Positions 24,364-38,203 are shown, numbered from the whole stretch's first letter. The stretch: 59,748 nucleotides of DNA, filler included, from Asterionella formosa (GCA_002256025.1; 5 parts of 5 records of this genome joined end to end with filler, not necessarily neighbours in it); one strand, 5' to 3'. Notes: generated from the letters alone by a model not told the origin. Numbers and translations: made by a program.

Positions 24364-24690
24364 GTGATTTATTTACTAACACGACATCATCAACATTATG
24401 TTCTATATTGTTTTGATCTATATGAAGGCAACGTTGAAGTACGTGATCCTGAACATGGAGTTAGTTTGAAAAGTCATTTGAAATGCATTCACGAGATTGC
24501 ACGCAAATATCGTATTTGCCCTGGAGTAGATATTAACAAAGAAATTATTCCATCCAAAGCTATGGTCAAATTCAAAACCGAGTTCGAAAAATGGAAATCT
24601 GGCATGAAGAAGGCTCGATCAGAATGTCGAGAGAGTTTTCTGAAAACATTCAGCATCCTCTATTTTAGTTCATGCATTTTTTTTAAATAA
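24364..24690 (+). pseudogene. Possible Ulp1/C48-like cysteine protease fragment (transposon cargo)
   Basis: LLTRHHQHYVLYCFDLYEGNVEVRDP resembles the His...Asp segment (H-W-x-L...D...YDS) of C48 peptidases. No intact Gln/Cys motif is visible. Confidence 0.3.
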
Positions 24691-25697
24691 TTCATCATTT
24701 ATGTTACAACAGCAGATTCCTGGATCATGATTGAGTATCCATCTGTATTGAGATATGCCTTTGTTTGCTTGTAATCTATCAAGTCGAAGAGAGGTTTATA
24801 GATAGTAATCACATTTAGAAAACTTTGGTGATACTCAAGCAAGGGGGGGGGGGGGAGCAAAGGATCATTATTCCACCTGGATTCTTTTCTGGGTGCACAA
24901 CACAAGTTGTATGCACCTCGTGGTATGTATCATTGCCTGGATGATTGCCACGGCCAGCATTGGAAGAATGAGTGGATGGAGTTGGCGAGGACGAGGACGA
25001 GGAAAAGCCATTTTCAAGGAAGGCACGATAGCTGTTGTTAGAGAGCATGGCTGATAGTAGTGCTGTTTAACTTTCTCTGGCTGGGCGTAGTAGCAATGAC
25101 ACAGAAGGAGATGAAGGGCGACAAAAGGTTGGGAACTTCTTTATTACTTGGATTTTCCGATTTTCACTCCCCACCTGCTCGTCCAGCTTGTCGTTTTCTT
25201 TCAAGTCCTAAATTAGCTAGGATGCCACGTTGGTGACAAAGAACAATGAGTCGATCAAAGTTTAGATTTCTCGCCTAAATACACTTCCTGCAGCACCAAA
25301 AACGACAGGATTGTTCCTACAAGCCTTTGAAAACTCAGTGAATCAATGATGCGGAAGTAAGCTTGTTTTTAAGATGGCCTTGTCAGTTTGTTCTTCTGGA
25401 GGAACTGTTCACAGGTGATTATTGTTTGAGTTTTTGTCGTAGGAAAATCTGATGAAACAAGTATGTAGAAAACTGTGGTGAATATAGTTGTGATTTGAAA
25501 ATGCCTCACGCTACTACGTCTGTGAATAGATTTTCCATTAGATCTAACGTTTTACTCAGCATACGTTAAAAAACTGATTGATTATTCAAATATTTTGACA
25601 TGTTGATGATAATTTTGATATATCAATGGGAGTGTCTGTATGATTAATCAGCACCAACATACTCAGTAATAGACATTAGATTGGCAGCGAAAAGCAA

Positions 25698-26017
25698 CAG
25701 TTTCATTGTACCAGCGTAGTAATAGGTACAGTTTTACAGTAGCCACGTCATGTTCCGACCGGGTATTGAGACAAGGGGAAGAAGGGAATGCTGGTAGGGC
25801 AAGCCTTCAGTTTCACAGTACCAGTGTAGTAATAGGTACAGTTTCACAGTAGTCACGTCATGGTACAACCGGGTATTGAGACAACAAGGGGAAGAAGGGA
25901 ATACTGGTAGGGCAAAATTACAGTTTCACAGTACCAGCGTAGTAATAGATACAGTTTCACAGAAGCCACGACGTCATGTTCCGACAGGATATTGAGACAA
26001 AGGGGAAGATGGGAATG
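25698..26017 (+). repeat. Tandem repeat, ~110-bp unit, ~3 copies
   Basis: Repeated CAGTTTCA...GTACCAG.GTAGTAATAG.TACAGTTT.ACAG...ACGTCATG...TATTGAGACAA..GGGGAAGA.GGGAAT. Confidence 0.92.
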
Positions 26018-27839
26018 TGGAAATTTTATTCATAGATGTTGGTGCCTAGGAATCTAACTTAGTTTATGCTCATACTACTTTCCACATCTTTTCTAAGTGA
26101 CTCCGGCCATTTCGACCATCTAAGTTCTTGTTCAGTTTCTGGGTTTTTGGTTGGAGGCACTATTGTGGTCGTAGTCAAAAGTTTTCGTCGTTCTTAGTGC
26201 AACATAATGGAATAGGATGGACTAATTTATGAAATTTTTGATTGAAGGTTCAGATAAGGAATGTTTTATATGTAATTGAACGCTATTAATTACTATTTAT
26301 AAGATAGTATCTTTTTATTTTGTGAAATGTTTGAATGGCCACCAACTACTATCGCCAATTTCCTCATCCCCTTCTTCAAAGTCAAGGAGGTTGGTAGAAT
26401 TTACGATCTTGGATGTATTCGAAGGTATGGTATAATTTCTTACAAACTTGTTATGTTCTTGATTGTAATTATCCCAGTCATGCGTTGTCCACTCTTGAAA
26501 ACGAAAATAGTCTTGCCTACCTTCAATGTTGGGCTTACCCTCACTGTTTGATACTCGTTCCTTTTCGATTGCGTTCTGTTGTTCAATATCAACAAGAAGC
26601 TCTCTGTAGTACTTCAGTGTTTCATCATTCCTGCAAAACGTGAACCCATTGACTTGGCATGAACTGTTTCCATTAAGGTTATTGCGTCCCTTTGCAGATC
26701 CGCCAATCAAAACAATTTCTTCATAGGTAGTGGCGGGAAGGAACTCTTCGGGAATATCAGTATCTTCATCCAGATACTCTAAACAATTTCAGGGTGCTGT
26801 TAACTAGAAATTTACCGCGAACACTCAGGAAATTATAGGCCTCTGTGCTGGAATGAATGGAATCACCAACATGGGTGCCGTCAAGAACAAGACACTTTCC
26901 TTGCTTGCTGAGCCTGTGCTTGAAGGATCTTACTGGACCCAGTAAGTAATGATCGTGACTCTTGATTCCTGTTCGGAAGAAGCTGATAGGAGCTAATTAT
27001 AGGAGGAGAGCCCAGTAGTACTCGGAGGAATGATCACAAGTGTCCTGGTGAACAAACTGGTACAGAGACGAAGTAACCCAAAAAATAAAATTGGATTAAT
27101 TATACTCCGTAAAGTTGGTTTCGGTTACACCAACTAACAAAGAGAAGAGAATAAGCAAACAAATATATGCTGCAGAATTAGAGCCGCAACATCACTAATC
27201 AGGAAGTAGCTTCATTAAATCGGTTCCTCTATGAGAAACTTCTTCAACACCATTCCAGATGCAATCCACCAATTCAGAATCATCCTTAACGGCAAGAGCG
27301 ATTTCGGGATGACGTTTCAACAAGAACGAAATGCACAATCTTGCATACCAATGTCTTGTTGGACTTGATATTCCAATAGCTACTACTTGGCACACATGTT
27401 TCAGCAGGATGTTCGTAAAACTGTTAGGACAATGAAAGTAAAAATGGTTGGTAACGATCTCAAAAACAAGGTGATTTGAAGAGATTTAAATGTGTACATG
27501 AACTTACCTGGGTGTGACAAAATTTTCTAGTATGAAATATTTCACCAACTACTTCGGTTGCACGAGAGGAAGTTATCGATGCAACTATATCCCATCGTCT
27601 TGTATAAACAGTAGTGGCAATGCTGGAATCTTTGTATCTACTGATAGAAGAGTTATTCAGAGAAATTTTGCGTTCCAATAGGGCAATCTTATTATGAAGT
27701 TGTTGAACATAAAACAACAACAGATAATGATGCTTCTGATCAATCACTGTCTCACGACTAAGGCGGAACTGTGATATATATTTGAGATCGTCGCCATTAT
27801 CGAGATGTAACTCCATAATATTTGTCTTTGGATTATCAG

Positions 27840-29330
27840 TGACTGGTGAATTCGTCTGCAAATAAAAAGTATCATGCATATATGATCAAGGGTATTGTAC
27901 GCTCAATGGCACAGGATTTTTACATATATGATAGTTTTTCGATCAAAACTATGATCAAGGTATCCTGTAACTATGATGATTAATTAATATTTTACCGAAC
28001 TTGAAGTATGATGATAATATCATAGTTATGATACCATTGCATCATATAATTAGTTAAACATGGGCCTATGATGTGTATACTTTTGTCATACATCTATCTT
28101 AACATGATCGTAATTCTCATCGATATCTCTGTCTTAAATAGGATGAAACGGATCAAAATTTAGAACTATATTTAAGAATGGTTTTATGTTTCTATATCTT
28201 TAGTCGCTACGGAATGTTCTACAATGCTCTCATCGCAATGATTGCTGGTGCCGCTTTCACTTCCACCTTCTCCCCAATCCAATTCTGAAGGTTGTTGTAC
28301 TGGTTGCCTTGCCCTTGTTCCCCTGCTTTCCTTTTACTCCTGACGTTTCTGAGTTTGCATTCACGCATTTTCACATTACTATTTAATCCGTTTCGTTGTC
28401 CCAATCATACTAACAACGAGAAGCAATTCATTCTTGTTAGCTGTTCATGTTTTGCTTACACGACAACATGCATTTCGCTTCTATCTTCACTTACCACAAA
28501 TTGAGGAAGTAACTGATGCATATTTCTGTAGAAGAATGTGTCATTTGAAGATTTAATAAGAAAGAATTGATCAATAGATGGGATCCAACGCTGCTGTTTT
28601 TAACTTACAAATACTGTTTGTCTACCATTATCCTGAAAGAAGCAACACACATGTGTCAGTTTTTCTAACAGCTGTGGATTGATCCAAAGATGGTAGCACT
28701 TACCGATTTCTTTTGTCCACAGCCATTGATGGTTGGCCAACAAATCCAAAAGGAGCTATTGAATCACTGAAAGGGGACAAGTCATTCCGTATTTGTAATC
28801 CCAACAATTGATCATCCTGGCATTTGCTCTTGACATGCTGTGATACTATGCACAGCTTGTTGATTCCGCCCTTCTTAGCGGCATGGTGTATCATCGTGTT
28901 GTATTGTCATTTCAGTTTTTCGCATCATGTGTTGCTTGAGATCCTTCCTTTCAGGAGCTGTATGCATGACAAGGAACATGAAAAGCATTTGCTCTTGACT
29001 TACCATCAATTGATTCTGTCCTTCTCCGTAGTCACTCCTTCTAAGCCGCAAATATCATTGTGTTGTATTGTCACTTTCGTTTTTCGCGTCATCATGTGTG
29101 ATGATCCATCATTTCAGGAGCAAAGTGTATGCATGACAAGGATCCACATGAAAACATGATTTCAAATGATTCACCCATGAATAAGCAAGTTTAAATGTAT
29201 ACATAGTTGAACATTTGCATAGTTTTAAACACTGTCATTACATGGCACATCCTGTGTATACTAACATCAGTTTTGATTTTACATAATTCTAATATATACA
29301 ATGCATGATGAGTTCATAGCTTTCCACAAA
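27840..29330 (-). mobile_element. Second copy of the unclassified element shared with 15640-17060; contains a ~95-bp internal direct duplication (~28892-28985 / ~29056-29155)
   Basis: Collinear reverse-complement matches as listed for 15640-17060. The duplicated block is GTGTTGTATTGTCA...TTTCAGGAGC...TGTATGCATGACAAGGA...ACATGAAAA. Confidence 0.7.
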
Positions 29331-30329
29331 CTTTTGAATTTTTCAATTTGTCTTGTGTCAATTCTTGTACCTACAAGTCAGTTGCTCATTTCATTAAGCC
29401 CCTTAATAAACGGGAGTCATCACCAATTTTTCAAATGGTCAAAATCATACATTTATGAATATAGACATATTGACCATATACACTCGAAAAATTCATATGG
29501 TCTATCGGTATTACTGTATACTTGCTGGGTATTACTTCTCTGAGCATGGGAGTACCACAATAGTGCATCGGAAAACTGAATATCCTCATGTGTTTAGGAT
29601 CATTTGATCAAATTTTCAAGATCAATCGATCCTAATTCCTGAAAATAATTTTTGATCTTTCATTTTCTCATCAATGACACCGTTCATCATTTGTTCAATA
29701 TGTTATGATCAAAGGTATAGGATGAACGAATCAAAACTTATTGATTAAAGATCATACTTTATACCAAAGTAGTTGCTCATGCATGCAACCCACCCCCTTT
29801 TTACACTACTATGGAAGTGATTACCCCCAAGCTACCAAATTTTTATGTCTTGTAAGAATTATCGCAGCATGCATGCATACATAACTCCTACTGGTATATA
29901 CAATGCGGAAATGATGACCACCAGACTACCGGTACTACTAATCCTATAGGTCTTGTAGAACTATCGCAACATGGCTGCATATCTAATGAAAGGGAGGAGT
30001 CATCCATGCACCTGTATATGAATATGGAAAATGATCAAATATAGCTAGTCTACACAAGGAGCAGTGCATCATATATGCCCTGTTATTTTAATTCCTATGA
30101 AATCTCTTGATCTGTTCTGCGCTTTTTCGCCACAATTGTTTTCATTGCTTCACTGTACAGCATTCGAATTGATTGTGCTTCGAATGAAACAATGATCAAA
30201 GTCCACCCCATTGCAGCATGGTGAGTCTCAAAACTATGTATCAGCCAGTCGATTAAAATGGGATCATCTTTTGTGCACCCTTGTTGTGTTTGTACATTGA
30301 CTTGGCAACTGTGAGCCAAGAGCAGCCAT

Positions 30330-31300
30330 GGCATGCCACCATCTATTGTCTATACAAGTTTCGAATGAGTTCAGCTATGATAACTTTTGCTCCCCCTCCT
30401 AAACACTATCTCACCACTCTTGTCATAGATTTTTTTAATTCTTTGGCTGCACAGGCCCAGGTTACTCAATGCCTTCATCTGCAAATTCAGCCAAGCAGCA
30501 GGTTGGCGTAAAGAAAACCTCAACCCCGACTTTCCTCACATGCTACGCCCATCGAATTCTTCATTGATGAAGTCGAGGTAGCTATTTTAACGTCAGGTGG
30601 CACAGGCTTGTGTATAGATTGATGATGCCGAAAGCATTGCTTCCTTTCCCGGTAGGTACCTATTTGTCAACATTGTTTGTTGGGTCAATCCATTCTTGTT
30701 CCCGCAAGACCAGCAATAATCCCTTTACTTTCCTTCCCAAGAACCTTCATTTCTCTTTCACAATTGTCCTGATGTTTGCAAAGAATTTTTAGTTCCCTTT
30801 TGCTTTTTCCACTGGTTTTAATCCCTTTGGAATTCAAGTCAAGAAACAAGCAACTCATTGAGATTTCTGGAGGTTTTGGTCAGTGGCACCATACAGCAAC
30901 AATCAACAGATCATGGCGGCTGTTCTCCATTTTCTGCAGCAAGTGACATCCAAGAGGGTCTGGGATCATTGGGGAGAAAAATTAGGCTCCTCTGTGTTGT
31001 TTGCCCCCACCTGTTTGTCATTCTACCATTGCTTCCTCTCAATCAATAAAACCGTAATTAGATGAAATGTTCTTACTTCCGGCTTCTAATATTTTACATT
31101 GCACTACTGAAACTTTAATCCATAAATGGGCATTCAACTTGTGCTTCTTGCATTTTTGCAGTATAGACTGGCTGGTGGGCGATAGGCCAAAGTGTCTGGC
31201 TTTTCATGAACATCTACAAAGTAGTGCATTTGTCGAGGTTTGTGTCTAAATCCAACTGCTGCTGCCATCCATTGAACCATTCCAGATCCATCAAAGAAAA
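30330..31300 (-). pseudogene. Decayed IS630/Tc1-mariner-like transposase
   Basis: Minus-strand fragments WMAAAVGFRHKPRQMHYFVDVHEKPDTLAYR (cf. the Y-V-D-G-H-E motif), KGLLLVLREQEWIDP (cf. KG...L.ERG) and FTPTCCLAEFADEGIE (cf. PK.H.EL...IE), split by frameshifts. Confidence 0.6.
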
Positions 31301-34300
31301 CGCTCCTGTCTTCTTCAAAGGTAAGGAACTAGTACGATGACAAAGGAAATCTAATGAGACATGAAAAATTCAAAACCAGAATCACTCTGTTACTATAAAT
31401 AGACAGTCTCTTGCTTCTTTGTGCACATGGCCTGCTATGCTGCGTTTCAATTCTAAATGTATTATGTTCTCATTAGAGAGACAATGTAACAAAGAAGTAG
31501 ATTGTGCTGTTCTATAATTGATGTTGTTTAGCTATGATTGAGGTTGTAACACTCATCAATGCTCCGGTGACAGACCGGAAACATTTGTGTTGTGTGATGA
31601 GCCATTAGTTTTCATAGGATTTCTTTTCAAGCTGTTAACAGATTGCATACAACCATACTGTGCACTGTAGATGATGATTAATCGAAGAAATATGATGACT
31701 TGAACAACAAATGAAGATTTTATCACAAACACTTGTTCCTCTCGACATGGCTGCTTTGTTGTTGTTGCAAGAATCAGAGTGAGGACTGGAGAGGATGATG
31801 AGCCAAATTACATTACTTTAGCTGGTACATTTTCCTACCAAGAAATTCAAATACAGCAATCTAATAGAAACAATACATATAATATTTTAAAATACATAGT
31901 CAAAAGGGTTACTATTTAAATAACAAGGGCATTTATCAAAATTATTAGATGATATAACAAAAAAATAAGATCAGATGATCACAATCCTATGATGCATCAT
32001 GGAAATATGATGGTTTTTATTTGCAGAAGTCTTCACTCCTTCCTTGAATGGGTGGATTACTAAAAGGCGGCACCTTGCTTCTTGTTACCAGAAGAGGACA
32101 GTTCTGACAAAATATCATCATTGTCAGAATCTGAATCTTGATGATGATCTCGCTGCTTTGTTGAAGCAGTTGTATTTGTTACAAACTCTTCGTACTCATG
32201 AGACAATTTCGTTGCAGGAGTAACCAAACGCCTGCTATGTTTGACATGAATAGGAAGGCTTTTTTTCCGAGTCTTTTCATCCTGGTTATTGTTGCGGTAC
32301 TTCTTCTGAGACAAGTTATCAACTCTAGAATTTTCGCTTCTTTTTATTCCTCTACCGGACATGACGGTAACTATGTACAGGAGTCAAGGTAAACGGGCCG
32401 CTGATGCTATAAGAGAAAAGTCTGATGTTATTTTTGGCGTGCCAAGATTAAAAAAGGAGTTGGTCTCTTAGATCATACAGAAATGTTAATTTATCATTCA
32501 CTACCTATGTTATAATCTGAGTACTTCGGCATTATATCATAATAATGCACTTCAAGTGTTTTCAATCATGTTCAAATACCTACCGGTAGTATTGATCAAT
32601 ACCGTAGCCAAACTTGAACGTTAGAACAGTACTGACAGGAACATAGACGAAATGTACAGTACCAGGGTAGTTCCCGCTTGGATAACGGTGACGTACAAGG
32701 TCCTGTTACTGTACTCTACTGAGCATCATGTAAGTTCCAGTATTCTTCCATCATGTAAGAACCAGGTACCAGCAAAATTTGACGGTATTTATATGTACCT
32801 ATGATACATGGTGTCCACTGTCCACTCTATAGGATATGACAACTGAAAGTATATCAGGTACCGTCTTCGAATTCCTGTGAAGTCTTGTATATTTCATCTA
32901 ATCATACATACTGGTAGGGTATTAAATGTTCCTTCGAAAAAGTTAATAGACATACAGAGATGTATGTTATACACACTTTTTGAAGAAGAGGAAATGTTGA
33001 GATATTGTTAAAAAAAATCATGACGGTGATGCGTTCTATTCCACATAACAAACTGATGAGGGAATGGTGATAGAGAGCCTTCTACCGATATCAAACCAAC
33101 CGGTGGGAAGAGGTAAGTTATATGATTGTTTTGCTTCTCAACTGTGGCTACCAAGGGGCTAATGATCGGTACTGTGTGAGACCGGAAGCAAACTATAAAA
33201 TTATATCGCTGTTTGTGTGCGCTGCTACCACTCAAAGTTTCTACACTTCCTCAGGACGAACGATAAAAATCAACCTAATTACGAGGTAAGAAACCGCACT
33301 TAATATGTTTGTGCACAATGCTGCAAAGGCTTTGTAGTGTCTGTGTCCATTAATTAGGATTTCGACATTAATAACATCATCTTTCCCTTCCATATATGCA
33401 GATGTGAGGGTTAACAACGCTACCCTGTAACCCATCAATCAACAGTGAGAGCATAGTTAAGTTACTATACTCTAATTTGATGCTCGTTATGTCGATTGGA
33501 ATGTGAAGTTATATAGATTGTTTATGTCATCAGTTTGTGGCACATGTGTAGCTGGAGATGCTTTAATCGATGCAACACTTTTGCTAACATTGATGTTATC
33601 TCCTCAAAATCATACAGGAACCTTGGAGAATGTGGCTTGCTACCATTCTTAATGGAGGAAACAATCAAAACAGGAGAGCACAGGTAAGTAATATGCACAT
33701 TGCCTGCTCATACTGAAATTGGAGTGATGGGTTGTTCATGTGATCGTTTCGTTGCACATATCTACGTTTAGATGGCTGCCTTGCTTACTTGATGCAGCAG
33801 TTTTGCTAACATTGTTGTTATTATCTCTTACAGGAAAGTCGTACAAGAACATTGAAGAATGTGACTTGCCTGCCATTCGCAATGGTAGAGGTTCGAATAA
33901 AGCAACATCAATTTCGTTTTCTTTCTCATTTCATTTTGAAAAGGCAATGATCTAAACATAGCAACCGGAAGTGAAAATTAAGGTATTGAAGACCACTGTG
34001 TGCTCATTCTGATAGAGGATGCACAGTGGAAAGTATGGGTGACCAGAAGTAGAATATTTGAGTTTTAAATAGCAATCCATTTAATTCGATTTGTGTTCAT
34101 CATTGATCGAACATGATAATAGGTTTGATCAATGAGAGAAATCAGTTAGATCAGTAGTAATGAACGTTAGATCGAAAGCTAAAAATTCTATTTGACATTA
34201 GCATTCCAAAGGTGAGATCGAAGCAATAACTGATTCGATTTAACGATTACTATCTTTAGATCGAACACCAAAACGTTAGTTGATAATAAGAGTGAGAGTG

Positions 34301-34488
34301 CTGTATAGATCATAAGCATCATATCGTATGATCTATTGATTTGAAACTAATTGATATATATATATATGATGAGTGTATACTAAATGTGATTCGTTATTGA
34401 GGTTACAAATGCAATCGATTACATATTACATAATATGAATATGATCTACTATGGTAATTATACGTAAGATCAATGCAACAATATCAAT

Positions 34489-34604
34489 CAATCAATCAGT
34501 TTTTTTGTAGGATCAATCAGTATTTCTGTATGATCAATCAGTATTTTTGTATGATCAATCAGGTTTTTTGTATGATCAATCAAAAAATGATACGTCACAC
34601 TGGG
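34489..34604. repeat. 21-bp subterminal-type tandem array (~4.5 copies) ending in a putative CCCAGTG-type transposon terminus
   Basis: GATCAATCAG(TA/TT/GT)TTT(T/C)TGTA(T/G) repeated, followed by ATGATACGTCACACTGGG at 34604. Confidence 0.7.
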
Positions 34605-34709
34605 AATTTTTGGGGCAGTGGGTCTTACAGCAAAACTGTTAGGCCTAACGGTTTCTTTATTTACAGACGTATGTTTTATCTGATTTAAATTTCCTTGTTA
34701 ATTTGCAGA

Positions 34710-34980
34710 CTAGGCGTATTGGAATAACCCTTATATCAGGGGGTCAGAATGATGATTTTCTTAGCCTAGAAATCAATAATTTTAAATTTAATTGCCTCCG
34801 CACCTTGAAATTTTTATCCACAACTAGAAACACATGACCGTGACTGTAAAGCATCTTCACAATTTAAGTGCTCAACTCATATACCACAGATAGCTACGGC
34901 GACTTATTGCTTCAAATCTGATAAATGAAAATACCTGGAAAACAGAATAAATAGAGTTGATTCAGCAGATTTCACTAGTG
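34710..34980 (-). repeat. Dispersed ~270-bp repeat, copy 2 (see 10628-10894)
   Basis: The reverse complement is collinear with 10628-10894 and ends in the palindrome CACTAGTG at 34973-34980. Confidence 0.85.
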
Positions 34981-35823
34981 GGATGGGCATGAATACACTC
35001 CAAACACAAACTGATAAGCACATTCACTTTCTGTATTATGATATTTTTAACATGACACTTCACATCTTTCTATGTAATAGATGCTTTCAAGTGACCAAGA
35101 CTATATTGAGCATCATATGTGGCATCAAATATTTCCTTGTAGCTATCGAAGAAGCTTTCTTCCCACATTACCAACAGGAGGGTTATGAAATTAATTATAT
35201 AGCACACATTAGTAGAATTAAACATTTGGTGAACATTTTTCTCTGTGTCCGGTAAAATTGGGTTTGCCGTGATTTGCAATGCAGCTGTTTTTGTCGTGTT
35301 TTCACATTCCTTTACTACCAGTACCTGGTGGAGTATTCTCGAACAAATGGGTCCACAATTCGGTAGAAGTTACCTTTAGTCGGAGGAGTCAAACAAACAC
35401 CCTAACTCATTTTTTTATGCTGTTCATACATGTTTCTGGTACCAGTAAAAAACTGCTGTGACCCACTAAAAAAAATTGGAACTGCTGTGACCCACTGAAC
35501 AGGAGAAAAACACGGTTTGACCCTCCCAAATGCAGATTTGTTAATTTTAAAACTTCGACCCTAATCTTGAGCATGTACGCTTTAAGGCTATGTCATTAGA
35601 TATTAGTTTATAGCAATTGGTTTCTCCTAAAATATTGGTTGAAAAGTGCGATCGACGAAAAAATTGCCAGAACACGGATTACCCCATGTTTTGAGGATTC
35701 ATTGTTATATGATATGCGCAGCATAATACAAAAGTATCGCCTTCGATTTATTTGTTGTATGATTCCTGTCATATCTTTATCTCTGTCACTTGATAGTGCC
35801 TAAGTAACTTGAGCATCATAAAC

Positions 35824-35923
35824 NNNNNNNNNNNNNNNNNNNNNNNNNNNNNNNNNNNNNNNNNNNNTTAATTAATTAANNNNNNNNNNNNNNNNNNNNN
35901 NNNNNNNNNNNNNNNNNNNNNNN
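35824..35923. other. Artificial scaffold linker
   Basis: N44-TTAATTAATTAA-N44. Confidence 0.97.
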
Positions 35924-36762
35924 TTTCACAATCACATGCCAAACGAAAAGTCGCCAATTCACTGGCAGTTGTTGTAGGAGTAAGTCTAATAGTGTGACTG
36001 CAAAAGCCTTCAGATATCTGATGGTGAAAAAATCCTTTTAGGTATACACTGAAATTTTGAAGTGCTGCTATTTAGAAGAATCAGTATGTGTGTCACCATG
36101 GCAATAGACAGCAACCTTCATGTCGTTTTCGTTTGCTGTATTCACTCTATTGTAAGATACCATTTAGCTAGTTTATATGCTTTTTTGTTTGAATTTTCAA
36201 CAACATTTCCTCCAAATATCAGAATTGAAGGGAGTTCACATGCGTTGACTTCAATCCTCACACTTGTGTACATACAGGATAAATGTGTGGACCACTACAG
36301 TAATATGTATTCCCTCCATTCATGCATAGTTGCAACCAAACTTTAATTCACTGACTCTCATGAAGCGTAAGCTCCAATGATTATCTGGCCCCTTCTACAA
36401 TGATTATCTAGCCCCAACTAGCTAAAAATTATTCCAAATCGAATGGTGAATATATTACATGTTCTAAGTATTCTAGAAATAGGTGAACTTGGCCTTGTTT
36501 TTATTATTTTGTAACGTTTTTTGTAGAATCATGCCCCCTTGGGATTGTTTACTCCAGACCCCCCCCCATTTTTCCTTGACCCATTGAAAACCAATAGGAA
36601 TAAGAACAAGAATTTGATACCAGAATAGCATCTATTTATCATCGATTGCTCGCTTTGCAACCTCAAAAGAGACAATGGTGGCAATGATGAAATGGATAAC
36701 CGGCTTCTAGTAAATTCAGGTTTTCACCTTTGTTTGTCTAAAAAATTTGAAGTCAGTATGTA

Positions 36763-37113
36763 ATGGTAGATGGTGAATCTGACGTGCGGATTACAGCCCT
36801 GTATGCTCAACAATATGAAATATGTCTATGTCTACAAGATAGACATCTGTTTCAAAAACCGCTGGAGGATCTTCTCAAATCCAACTTAGGCTCCAAACAA
36901 CGTTTTTCGGAGAAAGCCGAGTTTCTCTTTGAGGAATTGGCACAAAAGGCAAGAAAGGGGCAGCAACACATCCACACATGCTTTCCTAGCAAACAACAGC
37001 ACCCCACCGGCATCCCGACAACCCATAGTGTGGTCAACCAAACCACCAGAAGCACAAACATATATTCACACCTTCTTCTCACCTTCTTCTCAGGTCACGA
37101 GACAAGGAGGTAG
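36763..37113 (+). pseudogene. Possible C-terminal remnant of a non-LTR retrotransposon ORF
   Basis: RITALY...DRHLFQKPLEDLL...ARKGQQHIHTCF is reminiscent of diatom LINE ORF tails. No RT motifs are present; this is a weak resemblance from memory only. Confidence 0.25.
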
Positions 37114-37849
37114 AATGACCCACAACAATGCATCTTTAGCACTTTTTCAGCACCACTTGGCACTCCTCCACACATCGATAGCAGGTTGATAGAGTCTCAC
37201 AACGCAACACATCCCCGCTTCACAGTGTCAGAAGTCAATACCTATGTTATCAGGAGGGTTAGTATTTTCAAACTCCCAGGCTGGTCACGCCAGAAAACGA
37301 CACGCCGGTTGCCCTAGCTATCACAAATAGAGTAGCTTAAAAGCACTATCAGATTGTAGTTATACATGGTAAATGGTGAATAGTAGGGAAGTTATTTAAG
37401 TGGTACTATGCATATACCTGTGTTCCTGGTGGTGTACCAATTTTTTTTAGCAAAAAAGAGTTATTTATAATTTAGGTTTCTATCATTGATAAAATCAATT
37501 GTTGATTTGCTAGATGTTTAGCGAAAATAGGTGCTCCCAAATTCTCTGGGCATTTTCCTACACTTATGTGCAATACATGCAATGGACTGATAGAATCAAT
37601 CGGTTTTTTCTTTCTTAAGTGTTGAGGCTTGGAAGAAGAACACTAAAGGGTGGTCTAGGTTGTAGATTCCATCTTGGTGCGCGCTGATTGTCGGTTGGGT
37701 AGTAGATTGTATCCAAAACCTCGCAAATACATGTTGATACTTCTCCAAACAAGTCAATGAACTTTAAATGTGTGGTTGGCTGGGTGCATCCTGAAGCTAC
37801 ATTAAGTAGCCACCATAGCTACCAGTACAATTAAATTTTAGCTTCAGTC

Positions 37850-38203
37850 AAATTTCCCACTCGTACTCCTCCCCTCTTTCAAGGGAAGTATTTCATTGTG
37901 CTACCTGCCGACAAGACCTGTGCTTCCCTAGTTTTGTTAGCTTACATGAGTCTCCAACCACCTTTTGCGAAAGGTGATCGTCTTAGCCGCAGTGTTAGGG
38001 GAAACTCCGACCGCCTAGTAGGAAGGCGGCACAAGCTGCTTGTAGGGGGGGCAACCCACTATTTCTTGCACACCAGGCAAGACCGTGCGGGACGGTAAGG
38101 AGTGTGGGAGTCGAACCCAACAATTGCTTCTCAAAAAAGTTGCGGGAGTCGAACATCAACCTCAGATCAAAGGCAACGTGCAAAACCACTAGGCCACTCT
38201 CTC
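37850..38203 (-). ncRNA. tRNA-derived head plus GC-rich, hairpin-rich body (SINE-like element or Pol III ncRNA)
   Basis: A-box TGGCCTAGTGG (38196-38186) and B-box GGTTCGACTCC (38117-38107), plus a duplicate GTTCGACTCC (38154-38145). The acceptor stem does not pair, so it is not a functional tRNA. At least five hairpins follow. Confidence 0.6.

Noticed and set aside
10628..34980. A giant ~24-kb transposon bounded by ~270-bp terminal inverted repeats (10628-10894 / 34710-34980)
   Set aside because: The two copies lie on different scaffolds separated by two artificial linkers, so their relative orientation and distance are arbitrary.
37960..38005. Twister ribozyme (CCTAACACTGC), telomerase template (CCCTAAC) or group I intron core
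   Set aside because: The remaining twister elements (P4 and pseudoknot partners) are not evident, the template-like match is only 7 nt, and the group I Q/S elements are missing. Kept only as an unclassified structured RNA.
38090..38203. Functional tRNA gene
   Set aside because: The acceptor stem does not pair, there is no clean anticodon arm, and the T-arm is duplicated around a T6 run.
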